From contig NC_068992.1 of NCBI RefSeq assembly GCF_001194135.2, forward strand, positions 2,347,561 through 2,411,560: a stretch of DNA of 64,000 nucleotides, in the 5' to 3' direction. The position numbers and the translations under genes are program-made. A model generated the notes under the pieces. That model did not search any database and was not told the origin of the DNA. It was given only the letters and a program-made list of their open reading frames with translations. Each line of letters opens with the position of its first letter. Positions within the stretch are counted from its first letter, which is position 1. This DNA is from Octopus bimaculoides. Lineage: Eukaryota. Below are positions 1 through 12,902 of this stretch, piece after piece.

Positions 1-13
1 GTATATATGCATA

Positions 14-46
<33 letters not shown>

Positions 47-385
47 GTATATATGCATATATATATGCATATATATATATATGTATATATGCATATATAT
101 ATATATGTATATATGCATATATATATGAATATATATATATATATATGTATATATGCATATATATGTGAATATATATATATATATGTATATATGCATGTAT
201 ATATGCATATATATATATATGCAAATATATATGCATATATATATATATGTATATATGCATATATATATGAATATATATATATATATGTATATATGCATAT
301 ATATGTGGATATATATATATATATATGTATATATGCATGTATATATGCATATATATATATATGCAAATATACATGCATATATATA
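1..385. repeat. (TA)n-based minisatellite/microsatellite with recurring GTATATATGCATAT units
   Basis: Direct reading of the sequence. The overlapping ORFs are YI/HI dipeptide runs. Confidence 0.95.
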
Positions 386-923
386 CACAAATAATTCCAC
401 AAACATATATGAAGTCCATAAAATATAGACAATGGCTCCCTTTCCTATCATTAAAACGATTTACAATATTTGACTTTCATTAGCCAATTTATATATTTCC
501 TTTCACTTTCCTTCCAAGTGTGGTTTTATTTGATTTATCGTAAATAATTTACTCTCCCCTCTTACTACCTTACTTCATCTCTACTATTTAATCAAATGGT
601 TTAACCTTTAGTTCCCCATCAACTTAAAATGCTTTCTCCCAGCAGCTTTGTTTTTCTCCATCCATCTCTATCTCACTAGACCCGCTTCTCTCTTTATATT
701 TTTCTCTCCACCCTGCCTTCATATAACCTTTCATAGATTCAAATACTAATTCTATCAGCAGCACCAAATTGTTAATACTTTGGAAAAGCTTATACTGTGA
801 GAAACACGGATATCTGTAATGGATCGGTTTTAGTTAATACAATAATATTTTCAACGTTTAATCCCATCACAAGTCTTTTAATTGAATGTGACCTCTATTT
901 CATAGCCATTCCTTTAACATCAT

Positions 924-960
<37 letters not shown>

Positions 961-1239
961 ACAGGATTCACTTATTACAGTTGTAGCTACGATTGAAGGA
1001 TTGGTTGTAGGCTTGGTTAATTTTGGTGAACTGGAGGCGGTTAGAGCGGTGGTAATGCTGGGTGTAGTAGAATAGGAAGCTTAAACGATGTTCTTACTAA
1101 ATAATTTCTTGTATTTATGGCCCAGATTAAATGTTTGTTCAGTAAGTGGTGAGTTATTGCTGTTGCAACAGTCATATTAAAGAAAGGCTGTGAACTTTTT
1201 GGCTTTTGTGTGTTTCTTACGCTCATATGTATGAGTATC

Positions 1240-2075
1240 GCGTGTATTTTAATATATCCACTTTTAGATTAAACCGCCATAGTAATATATCACAGAATCG
1301 GTAAAGATCAGAAAAGACGAAAAACGTTTGAAATCGGCCACAATGTTATCGACGTCATATTTCTGGCTTCTAATATACAAAGGCTGAAAATTACTATCAG
1401 CTTGGACACAGGGGCCGAACTGAAGACCCTACTCTCCCACACTCTCCTTCACACAATCTTACTGCGACCCCCACAGCCTACACTTTGACGCCTGGCACAC
1501 ACTCCTTTTTCGCCCTGAACAAACACGTACGTTTACACAAAACTCAGCTCCGATCACTCAAATATATTTCTCTTAAACAATCTCCAACTTTCTTTATAAA
1601 TATTTCACTTCTCTTACTTTAACTTCCACCCTTACACTCACACACATGACTTCTTGCCCAAACTAATTTATTGCCTTAGTCATCATACACATATATGTTT
1701 GTATGCATAACCTTGTTCACATGTGTCACTCCTTATTCGTTCAAACCTCTTTTATCTCCCACATTCACCACTCATACAGAAACCTACTTCAAACATACAA
1801 ACATTATACACAAAACTATTTCTCCACGCACCGCCTTTCGTTCCCTCCCAAACGTATCAAGCTTAACTCCCTAATCATTTCCTAATATTCAATGCCACCA
1901 AAACTTTTTATTCCACTACTTCCTGCGTGCTGTTGTGTAGTATGTCAGTCTTTGAAACCGACACTGCTTTGTTCCTTTCTTTTACCTATGCCTCTTCTGC
2001 TACTTCGACGAAAGACTAGCGGCTGAAACGTCATTTTACCATAATTTCCTTCCGACCACTTGAGTAAATATACAG
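1240..2075 (+). mobile_element. Possible decayed Penelope-like element 3' region / pseudo-LTR
   Basis: C/T-rich tract ending in a degenerate hammerhead-like motif TCGACGA-AAGACTAGCGGCT-GAAA-CGTC (2005-2032), the kind of motif found in PLE pseudo-LTRs. No convincing protein motif. Confidence 0.3.
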
Positions 2076-2274
2076 ACGACGAACAAAATGTTTTCTTTCT
2101 TTTTTTTTTTAGTTGTCAGTGATTTTCCCTAGCCTTTACCTGTGTTTCACTAGGATATTCATTCTTAAAATGTACATATGTGGTAGGGTACTTTTGCGTT
2201 TCTCTCATCTCTGAACGATATATACGCTTCCTCCTCACTCGCTCTCCCTTTACCTCAGGTTTATGAATGAATAA

Positions 2275-2324
<50 letters not shown>

Positions 2325-2990
2325 AGAATTATTTGGCCATATATCGGTGAACGACATAGTTTCTCTGGATGAAAGTCAGTGATTTGCTTTGTGATAAAAG
2401 ATGCCGAGAAAATGCGATTGAATTCGTGGCTTTTAATCAAACGCTATGTATTATATCTACAGCAAAGAGGGTGCACCTATCATCTAGAAGAACGGAAGAT
2501 TATGGATATTGTGACATTCAAATGATTCTTCTGTACGTTTGTATTTGTGTATCTGTGAGAGAGGGGTGAGAGAGCATGGGAAGGCAAAGAAATATTTAAG
2601 ATCAATGACCATCTCTTTAGATAAAGGATTTATATGGTTATACGCTGTGTGTCGCTACATCGTTCCAAAGTTTGGACTAGTTTTTGCATTTTTTATAATT
2701 TCGTTTAATTATAATTAAACACAATATTATACCAAAAACAAATCACGTAATTATTTCATTTCTATTTGAATATTTAAACTGATTATTCAATTACAAAAGG
2801 GAAGATTTTTAAATAGAGTGCTATTAAACCAAACTCATATTCATTGCATATTCAAATCATCGTAATCGTCACAATTGTTCTCAAATGTTTTATAAACTGT
2901 TAATTTATTTCAAACCTTCCATGAATTTTGTGAATTTTGCATTATTTCCGGAAGTAATCATGGCACCTCCGTTTTACTTCGCAGTGAGGG

Positions 2991-3022
<32 letters not shown>

Positions 3023-4387
3023 CAAATATCCCGCTTTTGTTGTTGTTGCTGTTTTTCTTCTCCTATGCTTTTGGTTCTATTTTACAATTTATTGTATGCT
3101 AGTTCGATATACTAACCAATCTGCTGAACCTAAATACTATAACGCAAATCATTTGAGTCATGCATTCTCCTTCTTCTTGGCTACAAACAATTTTACACCA
3201 TCTCATTCGTTCATCTCTTTCTCTCTCTCTATTTCTCTTTCTCACACACACACACACTTCTTTCTGCATATATACACATTTCACCATATAATATATGTAT
3301 TGATATTAGTATTTCATTAGTGCACGTTTACATATTTAAACAGAAAAGGCACGCACGCACACATACATATATGTATATTGTATAAAAGCCAATATCGTTT
3401 TACACCAGCGTTCTCTTCGGACAGTCTCTTTAATCTTGAGAAGCCAAGAAGAATAGTCATATAACGTAGTCAACAGCCGACCACCCGCATCAGTCATTGT
3501 TAATCCTGTATTTATTGGCCGCTTATATCATGCCACAAACATAATACCGTGCAAGATATAGAGCCCTTATTTACTAAATTTTTGTCAAAACTCCAGTTTG
3601 AATTGTGATTNNNNNNNNNNNNNNNNNNNNNNNNNNNNNNNNNNNNNNNNNNNNNNNNNNNNNNNNNNNNNNNNNNNNNNNNNNNNNNNNNNNNNNNNNN
3701 NNNNNNNNNNNNNNNNNNNNNNNNNNNNNNNNNNNNNNNNNNNNNNNNNNNNNNNNNNNNNNNNNNNNNNNNNNNNNNNNNNNNNNNNNNNNNNNNNNNN
3801 NNNNNNNNNNNNNNNNNNNNNNNNNNNNNNNNNNNNNNNNNNNNNNNNNNNNNNNNNNNNNNNNNNNNNNNNNNNNNNNNNNNNNNNNNNNNNNNNNNNN
3901 NNNNNNNNNNNNNNNNNNNNNNNNNNNNNNNNNNNNNNNNNNNNNNNNNNNNNNNNNNNNNNNNNNNNNNNNNNNNNNNNNNNNNNNNNNNNNNNNNNNN
4001 NNNNNNNNNNNNNNNNNNNNNNNNNNNNNNNNNNNNNNNNNNNNNNNNNNNNNNNNNNNNNNNNNNNNNNNNNNNNNNNNNNNNNNNNNNNNNNNNNNNN
4101 NNNNNNNNNNNNNNACTAATTTACGTGACTTAACATATAAAAATAGTCATTTTCGGAAGGAAGCGCTAATATCCAGCGATGTCAAGACGGACAAAGAAAA
4201 AAAAATTCTAAAATTTCACTTCTGTTTCTTTTCTTTTTATTTTTTTTAACTAAGGTGACAAATAAATCTCACTTGCGTTGTAAACAGGCATGTTCATGTA
4301 AGAATTTAAAAGCTAAGTGACGTTGAAGGAGTTGGAGTAAACATGTCAGAAAGCGCTAAAACCCCCCATCACCACTACCACCATTAG

Positions 4388-4495
4388 AATTAAAGCGAAA
4401 ATACAATACAAGATAAGATCAAATGCAGGTTATATAATCAGCACGAGGAGACAATTGTCCACTTCCTTACTGTGTGCCCAGTGCTTGCAAAGTCG
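4388..4495 (+). mobile_element. Non-LTR retrotransposon fragment: CCHC zinc knuckle, R4/Dong-like
   Basis: IKAKI followed, after a frameshift, by KCRLYNQHEETIVHFLTVCPVLAK (4421-4492). This fits the CRxC...ETxxH...CP knuckle with the second Cys mutated to Tyr. Confidence 0.6.
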
Positions 4496-4514
4496 ATTCA
4501 ATGAGTTAAGTTTA

Positions 4515-5045
4515 CGAGTCAAAATGCCCTTTGCTGTCTGTTGGCCACATCGAAAGAAGAGGTTGTATGCTGGACAAGACTGGAAGGGCTGAAGGCAAAC
4601 ACTTTCCTCTTTAGTCAAACTCACACCAACTTTTTCAGATTTCAATTCAAAAAACAAAGTGAGGGCGATGAGAAATGTGCTGCCATCCAGCAAATCCGTT
4701 TAAATGTGAATGACAGTGGCGATCATTATTCAAGAGAACGAGCCTTCTTTGAGCATGCGATTTTATATTAGAAGAGGATTGAATGGGAAAAGCGCTTTCT
4801 TAAAAGGCCAGGATAACCATGCTTTTGTGGGATTTTCACGGGTAGCCATCAAAGTCACATCCCTCACACCTTTTTGGGGAATTATTTGGGGAATTATTCA
4901 TTGATAAACTTCCTTGTTGCCGCATTATATTTTTGTTTTCAGTTTCTTTTTGTAAATCTGTGTATATGAGCAAACTCTGTGTTTTTCTGGCTTGTGCCTA
5001 TGTCCATCATTAAGTTGCCTTTAATTTGTATGTTTGATACAATAG
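4515..5045 (+). mobile_element. Tx1/L1-like LINE 3' end (ORF2 C-terminus plus 3' UTR), decayed
   Basis: KEEVVCWTRLEGLKANTFLFSQTHTNFFRFQFK is homologous at DNA and protein level to the copy at 49345-49790, which carries a CPRC..DET..HAL knuckle. Confidence 0.65.
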
Positions 5046-6350
5046 TCACTTCTCAGATCACACTCCCTGAGGCAACGGAATGTTAAGAGATGTTTGGATG
5101 TAATTGAATGTTCGGGTGTGTAGTTGGAGAGGGAAGTACACAAATATATTTAAATTGATAAGGATTTTCTAAGGCTGAGAGTGGTAGTTGCCAACACAAT
5201 CTTTTAGATTTCTTTTAGATATGGTCCTCCTGGGATGTTATCTATATGTTTCTATCACACTTTTTTTATCATACAAAGGTCACATGCAATAACAGGAGCA
5301 GCTTTCGCTTTAAGATGCTACATCTTTCGTATTTCAATTTCGAGCTCCTTATATTCATTGAACTTTTCAAATTCTTTGACAGAAATTTAAAAACACACAA
5401 AATGCAGCGAAATTATGAAATATATATAAACAGAAAATCAATTATAAACACTTACTTTCTGAAGAGAAAATGCGAGGAAAATAGTATTTGGAATTTAAAT
5501 TTAAATGGTAAAAATCTACGGAATAGAAATTGCAGCACCAACAATAACACCAACAACAGTCTATAAATTGCAAACGTTGTCGGTCAAAAGAAACGACTTG
5601 AGCGAATGCCAGGAAAGGGTAAAAGAACCTACAACGAAGTATTTCACAAAGCCCCGTACTTTGGTGCCGATGAATTTATCCATAAAGTGTAAGAAGAATG
5701 TTAACATACCACTGTTTCTCAAGAAACACCGCAAGTTACACATTTGTCGCCAACCCAAACCTCCTACCAACTACAACAACAACAAGACCTAAGAAATTAT
5801 AATTATTAGCAATTATGGTAGAATTAACACTCTTAACTATTGTTTTCTTGTCTTCGAAGATATTTCTTTCATTCTTTCAATTCTTCGTTTCTTCTCGACA
5901 TTCTATAATTTGCTTTCTCTCATTTTTGTTCGCTTCTAACATCTTTAGAAGCAAAGATTTTCTGATTACTGCAAGGCTAACGTGGTTGTAAAGAAAAATT
6001 TTCTCCATTTAGTGTTTCGGTTAGCGGCAAATGGCTGCTAAACAGTAAAAGAATTTAATAAAACCGCTTTATAATTATGTACCTGACCATCAAATAGTAG
6101 ATAGCATAGCAACAACAACAGCAACAATATCACCAAATTCCACCATGATAACAATAACAGTAGCAGTAGTTATAGTAGCAGCATCAGTAGCTTGTCTAGC
6201 AGCGTCCCCACTTCTTTGCAAAGCAAGGTTGATAGAGAAATTATCTTGTAGTTAATATAGAAATATTGAAATATCACAGTTGGATGCTATCTTGAGTCAG
6301 ACACTAACATCAACTTGGAGTACAGAAATATACAAACGACTCCAACTTAT

Positions 6351-6383
<33 letters not shown>

Positions 6384-7104
6384 CGCTATATTGCATTGTA
6401 ATGAAAGGTAGAGAAGGAGGTGTTCTCTATATATGTAGTGAATAGCTTTATACTACATTGAATGCTGCATGCAAAGACCACTTCATTGAATAACAATAAT
6501 AATAATATAATCAGAAGAAGAAACCACGCAGAATTGGACGTCATACGCATGTGTTAGATAATATATTCGTAAATTTGAAAGGCAGTGGAGTGTTAAAATC
6601 GATAAAACATCATATAAAGTGCCTTGTGCTATTTATTTCCATCTATTTACGTTCTTAGTTCAATTCCAGCCTAAGTCAACATTGAATTCAGTTTATCGGT
6701 GGCCATAGAATAAACACCAGTGAGATACTTGAAATGGTTTAACCGACTATCTTCCTTTTTCATAATATCTGGTTGGCCTTGTTCCAACGACCTATTGAAA
6801 TTTCGGTGCTGAAGTAACAATAGATATAAAAATAGATATATACAACTTCGTGGAGTTCTTCAGATTATAGTTATAATTTCTTCAAATTCTATAAACTTTG
6901 GTTTGAGGACAGAATAAATTTTTTTGCGTAAGACACACACTACGTCAAACAAATATCAGAGTTATTTTAATTCCTGATATTGGTCCGCCAGAGTTCTTTC
7001 CCTCCGCCTACATTTTTTCACTTTTTTTTTTGTTTTTTGTAATTACGCGATTAATACAAGCTAGAATACTTCGTAAGCCTTTTGATAAATGTAAAACTCT
7101 GTCC

Positions 7105-7273
7105 AAGGGGCCAGCCTTGTCACACTCTGTGTCAGGCTGAATCTCCCCGAGAACTACGTTAAGAGTACACATGTCTGTGAAGAGCTCAGCCACTTGCACG
7201 TTAATTTCACGAGCAGGCTGTTCCGTTGATCGGATCAACTGGAACCCTCGTCGTCGTAACCAACGGAGTGCCA
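7105..7273 (+). mobile_element. SINE family C, 5'-truncated copy
   Basis: Matches the 3' half of the copies at 38193-38439 and 60233-60555 (GCCAGCCTTGTCACACTCTGTGTC...CGTAACCAACGGAGTGCCA). Confidence 0.9.
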
Positions 7274-8098
7274 AGATATATATATCTATATATATATATA
7301 TATATATATACAAGAATAAGGGCAGAGAATCGTCAATTAATAATAGAATTAATAATTAACAATTTTGCCAAGTAGTTCAGTATGAAAAAAACCTTTATCG
7401 GTAGAACTATTTATCATCATAAATATACAGGGATTAGCAATTGAGTTGCTTCTCCAACATACTGAAAATTCAGAAATAGCAGTCAAAGAACTACTGATTC
7501 CAAACTACAAATTTTTCTCTTTATATATATATATATACATATATATATATCAGCCTTCTATTATAAAAAACCTGAACAGCTTGGCAGAGCAGTTCAATAC
7601 CAGACCAACAGCATTTTCAACAATCACTTTATGTACAGTCTGTAGACATAAACCGTATGTTAGATGTTCTAACATTGAGAATTTTCCAAGATCTACAAAC
7701 ATAAGGTTAATCATTTAGCGTTAGTTGATGCTATGCTCTTGGCTATCTTTCTCTTCGGGCATTAATCAGTTTAGGCCTTTGTTATGCATTCCTGCAGAGA
7801 CATGCGTGCGAACCTGTCAACATGCTAATATAACTAGTTATGCGTTTGCGTGCTTGTGCGCGTGTTTATGTGAGTGTGCGTATGGATGTAGATGTGTACG
7901 CATGCGTGACACAGTGTTAGGAAACTTGAGTCTGTAAATATCTGCTTGCAAACGCGCTGCAAACATGGAAATGAAATCCGAGGCAAAGTCAACCGGAAAA
8001 ATCAGAAGGAATTTGCAAATGTCGCGTGTGTAGATGTATATACATACAGAGCTGCATTCATATATGCATACACAGGCAGACATATACATGCATATATA

Positions 8099-8154
<56 letters not shown>

Positions 8155-8241
8155 GTGCATGTATGAATAAATCTACGTATGCTTGAATATGTATTCTTTT
8201 ATTCCTTTATTCATTTCAGCCTTTCGGCTGCGTTCATGCTG

Positions 8242-8284
<43 letters not shown>

Positions 8285-8759
8285 CAAAGTGTGTGTCTAA
8301 GACGATATTATTTTCAGTGACATTTTGACTTCTGCGTACGCGTGTGCCTATGTCTGTGCGTGTATGTGTGTGAGTGTATTTCTCTGTCTGTGTGTCCGCA
8401 CCTCTTTTTGTTTCAATATTAATAATGTTTAACATAGATTAATCGAGATTCGGATCTCCATTCTAATGCAGAGTTGGTTCAATGATACCCGCGTGTCTTG
8501 TTAGTTCTATACTAACCAAACAGTTCCGATCAAATCTAACCGGATGCCAGCAGATGAAAGCAAAGGAAAAATAAAATGTGAGAAGTTTATGCAATAGTAG
8601 CTTGTTTACCGCAAATAACCACGGATTGTACTAAATGCTATTACTAACCTGTTCTTTACAGAAAACGTTCTGAAATCAATCTGGAAGACTATCATTCAAG
8701 TATCACGCAAACCGTGCTGTGAGACGAGTGATGAGAGTTGCAATTAACTGCAACTCGGT

Positions 8760-8843
8760 GTGTGTGCTCGCGTGCGTGTGTGCGCGTTTTTATATATTAA
8801 AATCTATATATATATATTTATATTCATATATACAGCTTATATG

Positions 8844-8899
<56 letters not shown>

Positions 8900-9181
8900 T
8901 GTAAGTATATATAACGGTATCTATATAAGTAAATATATAGACGTTAATAAACATAAATATATGAAATATATACGCACATACATATTTATATATACGCACA
9001 AACACGTGTGTGTGTGTGTGTGTGCGTATGATTGTGTCTATATTTTATGCACTCACACATGCGTATATGTCCACAATGGTGTGTCTGTAGATGTGGATAA
9101 GGGTGGCTTTTTCGTTATTGTTGAAGGATTATTTACATGCAGGACAATCAGATGCACACGTACTTTTGCATGTGTATGCAC

Positions 9182-9230
<49 letters not shown>

Positions 9231-9416
9231 CATATATATATATAATATATATATATATATACATACATACATACAGGCATATATGCACACGAATGTGTAT
9301 GGAACAAGTGTTTATATATGTGTTTTAACAAATATATTAAAACACGCAAGCACTCAAGCATGGCTATATATATACACACACACATACAGCCATGTATATG
9401 TGCGTGTATGTGTGTA

Positions 9417-9475
<59 letters not shown>
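8760..9475. repeat. Compound (TA)n/(TG)n/(CA)n microsatellite block
   Basis: Direct reading of the sequence. Confidence 0.9.
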
Positions 9476-9476
<1 letters not shown>

Positions 9477-9954
9477 GTGCAGGTTACGATATGTTGCATG
9501 TTCGAGAGAATTAGTCTCAGATAGCTGTTGAAGTTGCATGTTTGCAAAGGAATAATGAAGCTGTTGCCATCTTAATAATATAAACGCCTACCTCCAACTC
9601 TCGCTATGCAGAGAGATTTGGATGGTTATTTTTACGAGTTATCATGTAAGAACTTGTAAGAGCGATTGTCGTTTTGAGCATGCGCATGCATATCTAAGCT
9701 ACACGCGAATCTGTATCGTTCGTATGCGCATGCAAACACTTGCAGGTGTATTGTACATAAAAATATTGCATACCCACATTTAGGCACACGTATGCCTAAC
9801 ACACACACACACATATTATAAAGTATACAAAGTATGGGAGTTGAGTTCACGGGTGATCTAAATTTTTTCCTATAATATTGTATATGACTTGAGACGTTTT
9901 CCTTGCCTTAACGTTTGTTGTCCTCCTGAACAATTATATATATATATATATAGT

Positions 9955-10150
9955 TATATACCGGTATACATATGTGCGCGTGTGTGTGAGTGTGCATACC
10001 AGAGTAAGCACATCAATGCGAAACAAGGGGGAAAAGATAGTACTCGAATACCAGAGGTAGAGTAATATGCTTTATTAAAAGAAGCAAAAATATCACAAAA
10101 ACTGTTACTCGGAGTTTCACGTTCCCGTTCGTCGGACAGTTTTGTTTAGA
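9955..10150 (-). mobile_element. Penelope-like pseudo-LTR fragment carrying a hammerhead ribozyme
   Basis: On the minus strand the hammerhead is followed by AATAAA and a short tail that ends in (TA)n. PLE assignment is inferred from the ribozyme type. Confidence 0.55.
10098..10143 (-). ncRNA. Minimal type-I hammerhead ribozyme, core variant CCGACGA
   Basis: Minus strand reads AAAACUGU-CCGACGA-ACG(GGAA)CGU-GAAA-CUCCGAG-UA-ACAGUUUU. It has a perfect 8-bp stem I, a 3-bp stem II, GAAA, a reduced stem III and a GUA cleavage triplet. The only core deviation is U4 to C. Confidence 0.8.
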
Positions 10151-12149
10151 ACATGAACAAACACACACACACACGCGCACACACACACACGCACACTTAT
10201 ATACAAACATAAATACATACATACATACAGTTGTCTAATATTTCATTAGTCCGAAGAAACTAGAAAGCTCCAGTACAAAATAATGGGGTGTGGGGGCTAT
10301 ATATTTTAATATCTGAGAATCCTAAACAGCAAAACGTCGAAAAAAAGCCACTCAGCTGTCTGATGATTTTAATTCTCTTTTCTAATCATAAACTTTCTTT
10401 AACACGAGACCGTTCGGTAACATAAATCGGCTGTTATGAGACCAAATAAATGGTGCGGTATAAATAATATGTGATATATGTATGTTTCTTCTTTGAGTTT
10501 TAGTGAAGTTTTTAAGAGCGTTGAAGCGAGTGCAAGCGACAAGAATTTTTGAGTTCCGAGAATTCCGGCTGTTTATAAATATGTGGTTCAGCACTCGATG
10601 CACACACTTCCACGTGTGCAATACATCACCTAAAGAATCTTAGACGTAGAATCTTTGGAATGTCTTAAAATTTTTTGCTGTGCCACCAATGGATTGGATT
10701 TGGAGAATCTGTGTCAGTTTTGTTAGCTCTTTCTTCGAAAAACCTAGTATTTCTTGGTTTTTGTGTAAACTTGTAGGTACATAGCCTAACGCCCCCATGA
10801 TGATAGGCACAACGGAGTATTTATACGCAGAGGGAGAGTGGAAATCGCCTGAGCAGGACCAGCGAGAACGCCTGGTACCTTTTGGCCTCTAGGATATTTT
10901 CAACGACGTATGAACCACAGTTGAGCATACAGGATTGCGCGCGTGTGTGTGTGTGTGTGTGTGTGTGTTAGTGTAGATAGGTAAGGATAGATAGATAGTT
11001 GTAATTTACAGAAAAACAGAAGACGAAGACAGGTGTATAAACAACAAGAATGTGTATTAGTTTAACGCTCAAGAAGGAGCTCTTTTGTTCAGCTTGTTAT
11101 TTTCTTTTTCATCTCCAAAGTCAAAAGCTTCCTTCAAATACTTTATTCCTTTAGATCTATTAATCCCCTTTACACTTACTAATCCTCTTTTAATTTCACT
11201 TCAAATATAAATTTCGATTGTAACTATATCTTATTTCCCCTTTAGTTACCTTCTTATATGCTTTTTAAACACCTTTCCCATTCATATATGCAAATGTCTC
11301 TTCCTCTCTCTCTCGTTCTTTCTCTTTCTCTCTTACTATGCTTGTATGTGTGTGTATGTTCTTACAATGACACTTTATACAGTGTTTCTCCCTTCTTCCT
11401 CCTTTTTACTATCGTTGCTCATTTTCTCTCATGCTTTTCTATTTGGTTTTTAATTTCCTTTCCATCTCTCGCGCCTATTCTTTTTTTAATTCCCTCTTAT
11501 TTTCTTGTCCACTCCATATTTTCCTTCCCATTATCTACCCCCCCCCCCAACTCCATGTATTCCTATTTTCGCTTATATTATACATTTTGCACGCAACACG
11601 CAATACGGCTAAGAACTAGATGCTACCTTTTAGTTTTTCTGCTCATAAAACAAAAGAATGTTTTGATATTCAAGCGTAAGTATTGTATGGCTATGTCAAA
11701 TGTTATCTTTCATAATCGTCCGACGATCGAAAACGAGAAACTTCGAATTTATGGATTTTCAGTTTCAGGTAATATATACAGCTCTACTTTTAGCATTTAA
11801 TGTTCTTGTTAAAGCGTACTTGCTTTCACACACGCGCGCGCGTATATACACACACAGGTTCACGCACTAATACAAGTAAATATATACAATTATAGATATA
11901 TGTGTATATATATGCACACACACTCAAATATGCATATATGATACATATAGACAAACGTGTGTGCGCGCGTTTTTCAGTTATATTCACATATGTACGGTTT
12001 CATCTATAATAATATTTCTAAATTATTATTTGGTTCACAATTTTATTTTTTTTTGCACCATACAGTTAAATTTATATCATGTTCACACGAGTTTAATTTC
12101 TATAGATTTTTACCATAAAAATATATTTTAAAAATATATTATAAATATA

Positions 12150-12340
12150 GAGCAATTGACGTCTGCTCGCATTGAAAGCCAACCATCACGACTCAACAAA
12201 GGAAGAATTGGTTGCATAGTCGTAGTGATACGTGCAATATTAAAAACATACAGGAGAATTGAATCTCACGGTGACCTGTGTCAAGTGTTCATACATCATC
12301 TCTACAACACAAGCGTGTGTCTGAAATTTCAAAAGCGAGC
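12150..12340 (+). mobile_element. Possible Tc1/mariner transposase 3' remnant
   Basis: Broken frames give HDSTKEELVA and RRIESHGD, weakly resembling the C-terminus seen at 34890-35050. Confidence 0.3.
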
Positions 12341-12477
12341 GAGAGAAGTGGGGAGAGGAAACGATGACAGAAAGTAGAGAAATTTTAATGTCTGTTAGGC
12401 CTCACCTGTAACTCGAGGATCTTCGGTCGACATTTCATGATAATCTAGGTCTCCTTTTCATGATAATCTAGGTCTCC

Positions 12478-12902
12478 TTTTCTCAGGAATAGCTTCATGT
12501 ATCGGTAAATAGTCAACGGCGTTGGAGAGTATAACGATGAAAATTATAATCGAGAAAAAGTTAACTGACATGGAAGACTGGAAGCCATCTGAATATTGGT
12601 AAAAATTTACTTGTATCATAATGATTCGCGTCGGGTATCAAAATGCCGACATCGTGATTCCTGCTCAATGCACTGAGGTTGTAAAGAATGGCATGGATAG
12701 CTGCAACGGAGACTACGAAACCTTGGTCAGCAGAAATGATGAGTTCTTTGGGCATGTCTCCAGTGAAAGTGATATCCTGTCGCCCCACATCTTTGAACAG
12801 GGCCTTAAGCTCAATTCAGGCGGCCAGGGAAAGCTAGTGGAGACTATTTTCAAGCACTGATTGGAGAGGTATGCTGCTGAAAGAGCTTAGATATAGCAGG
12901 AG
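12478..12902 (+). mobile_element. Internally deleted Tc1/mariner element (DD37D/maT-like), runs into a gap
   Basis: MEDWKPSEYW*KFTCIIMIRVGYQNADI...DSCNGDYETLVSR is joined directly to FFGHVSSESDILSPHIFEQGLKLNS. Homologous to 34764-35624. Confidence 0.85.

Noticed and set aside
5505-5792. Possible transposase fragment (RMPGKGKRT; KCKKNVNIPLF)
   Set aside because: Similarity to Tc1 or piggyBac motifs is too short and ambiguous to assign.
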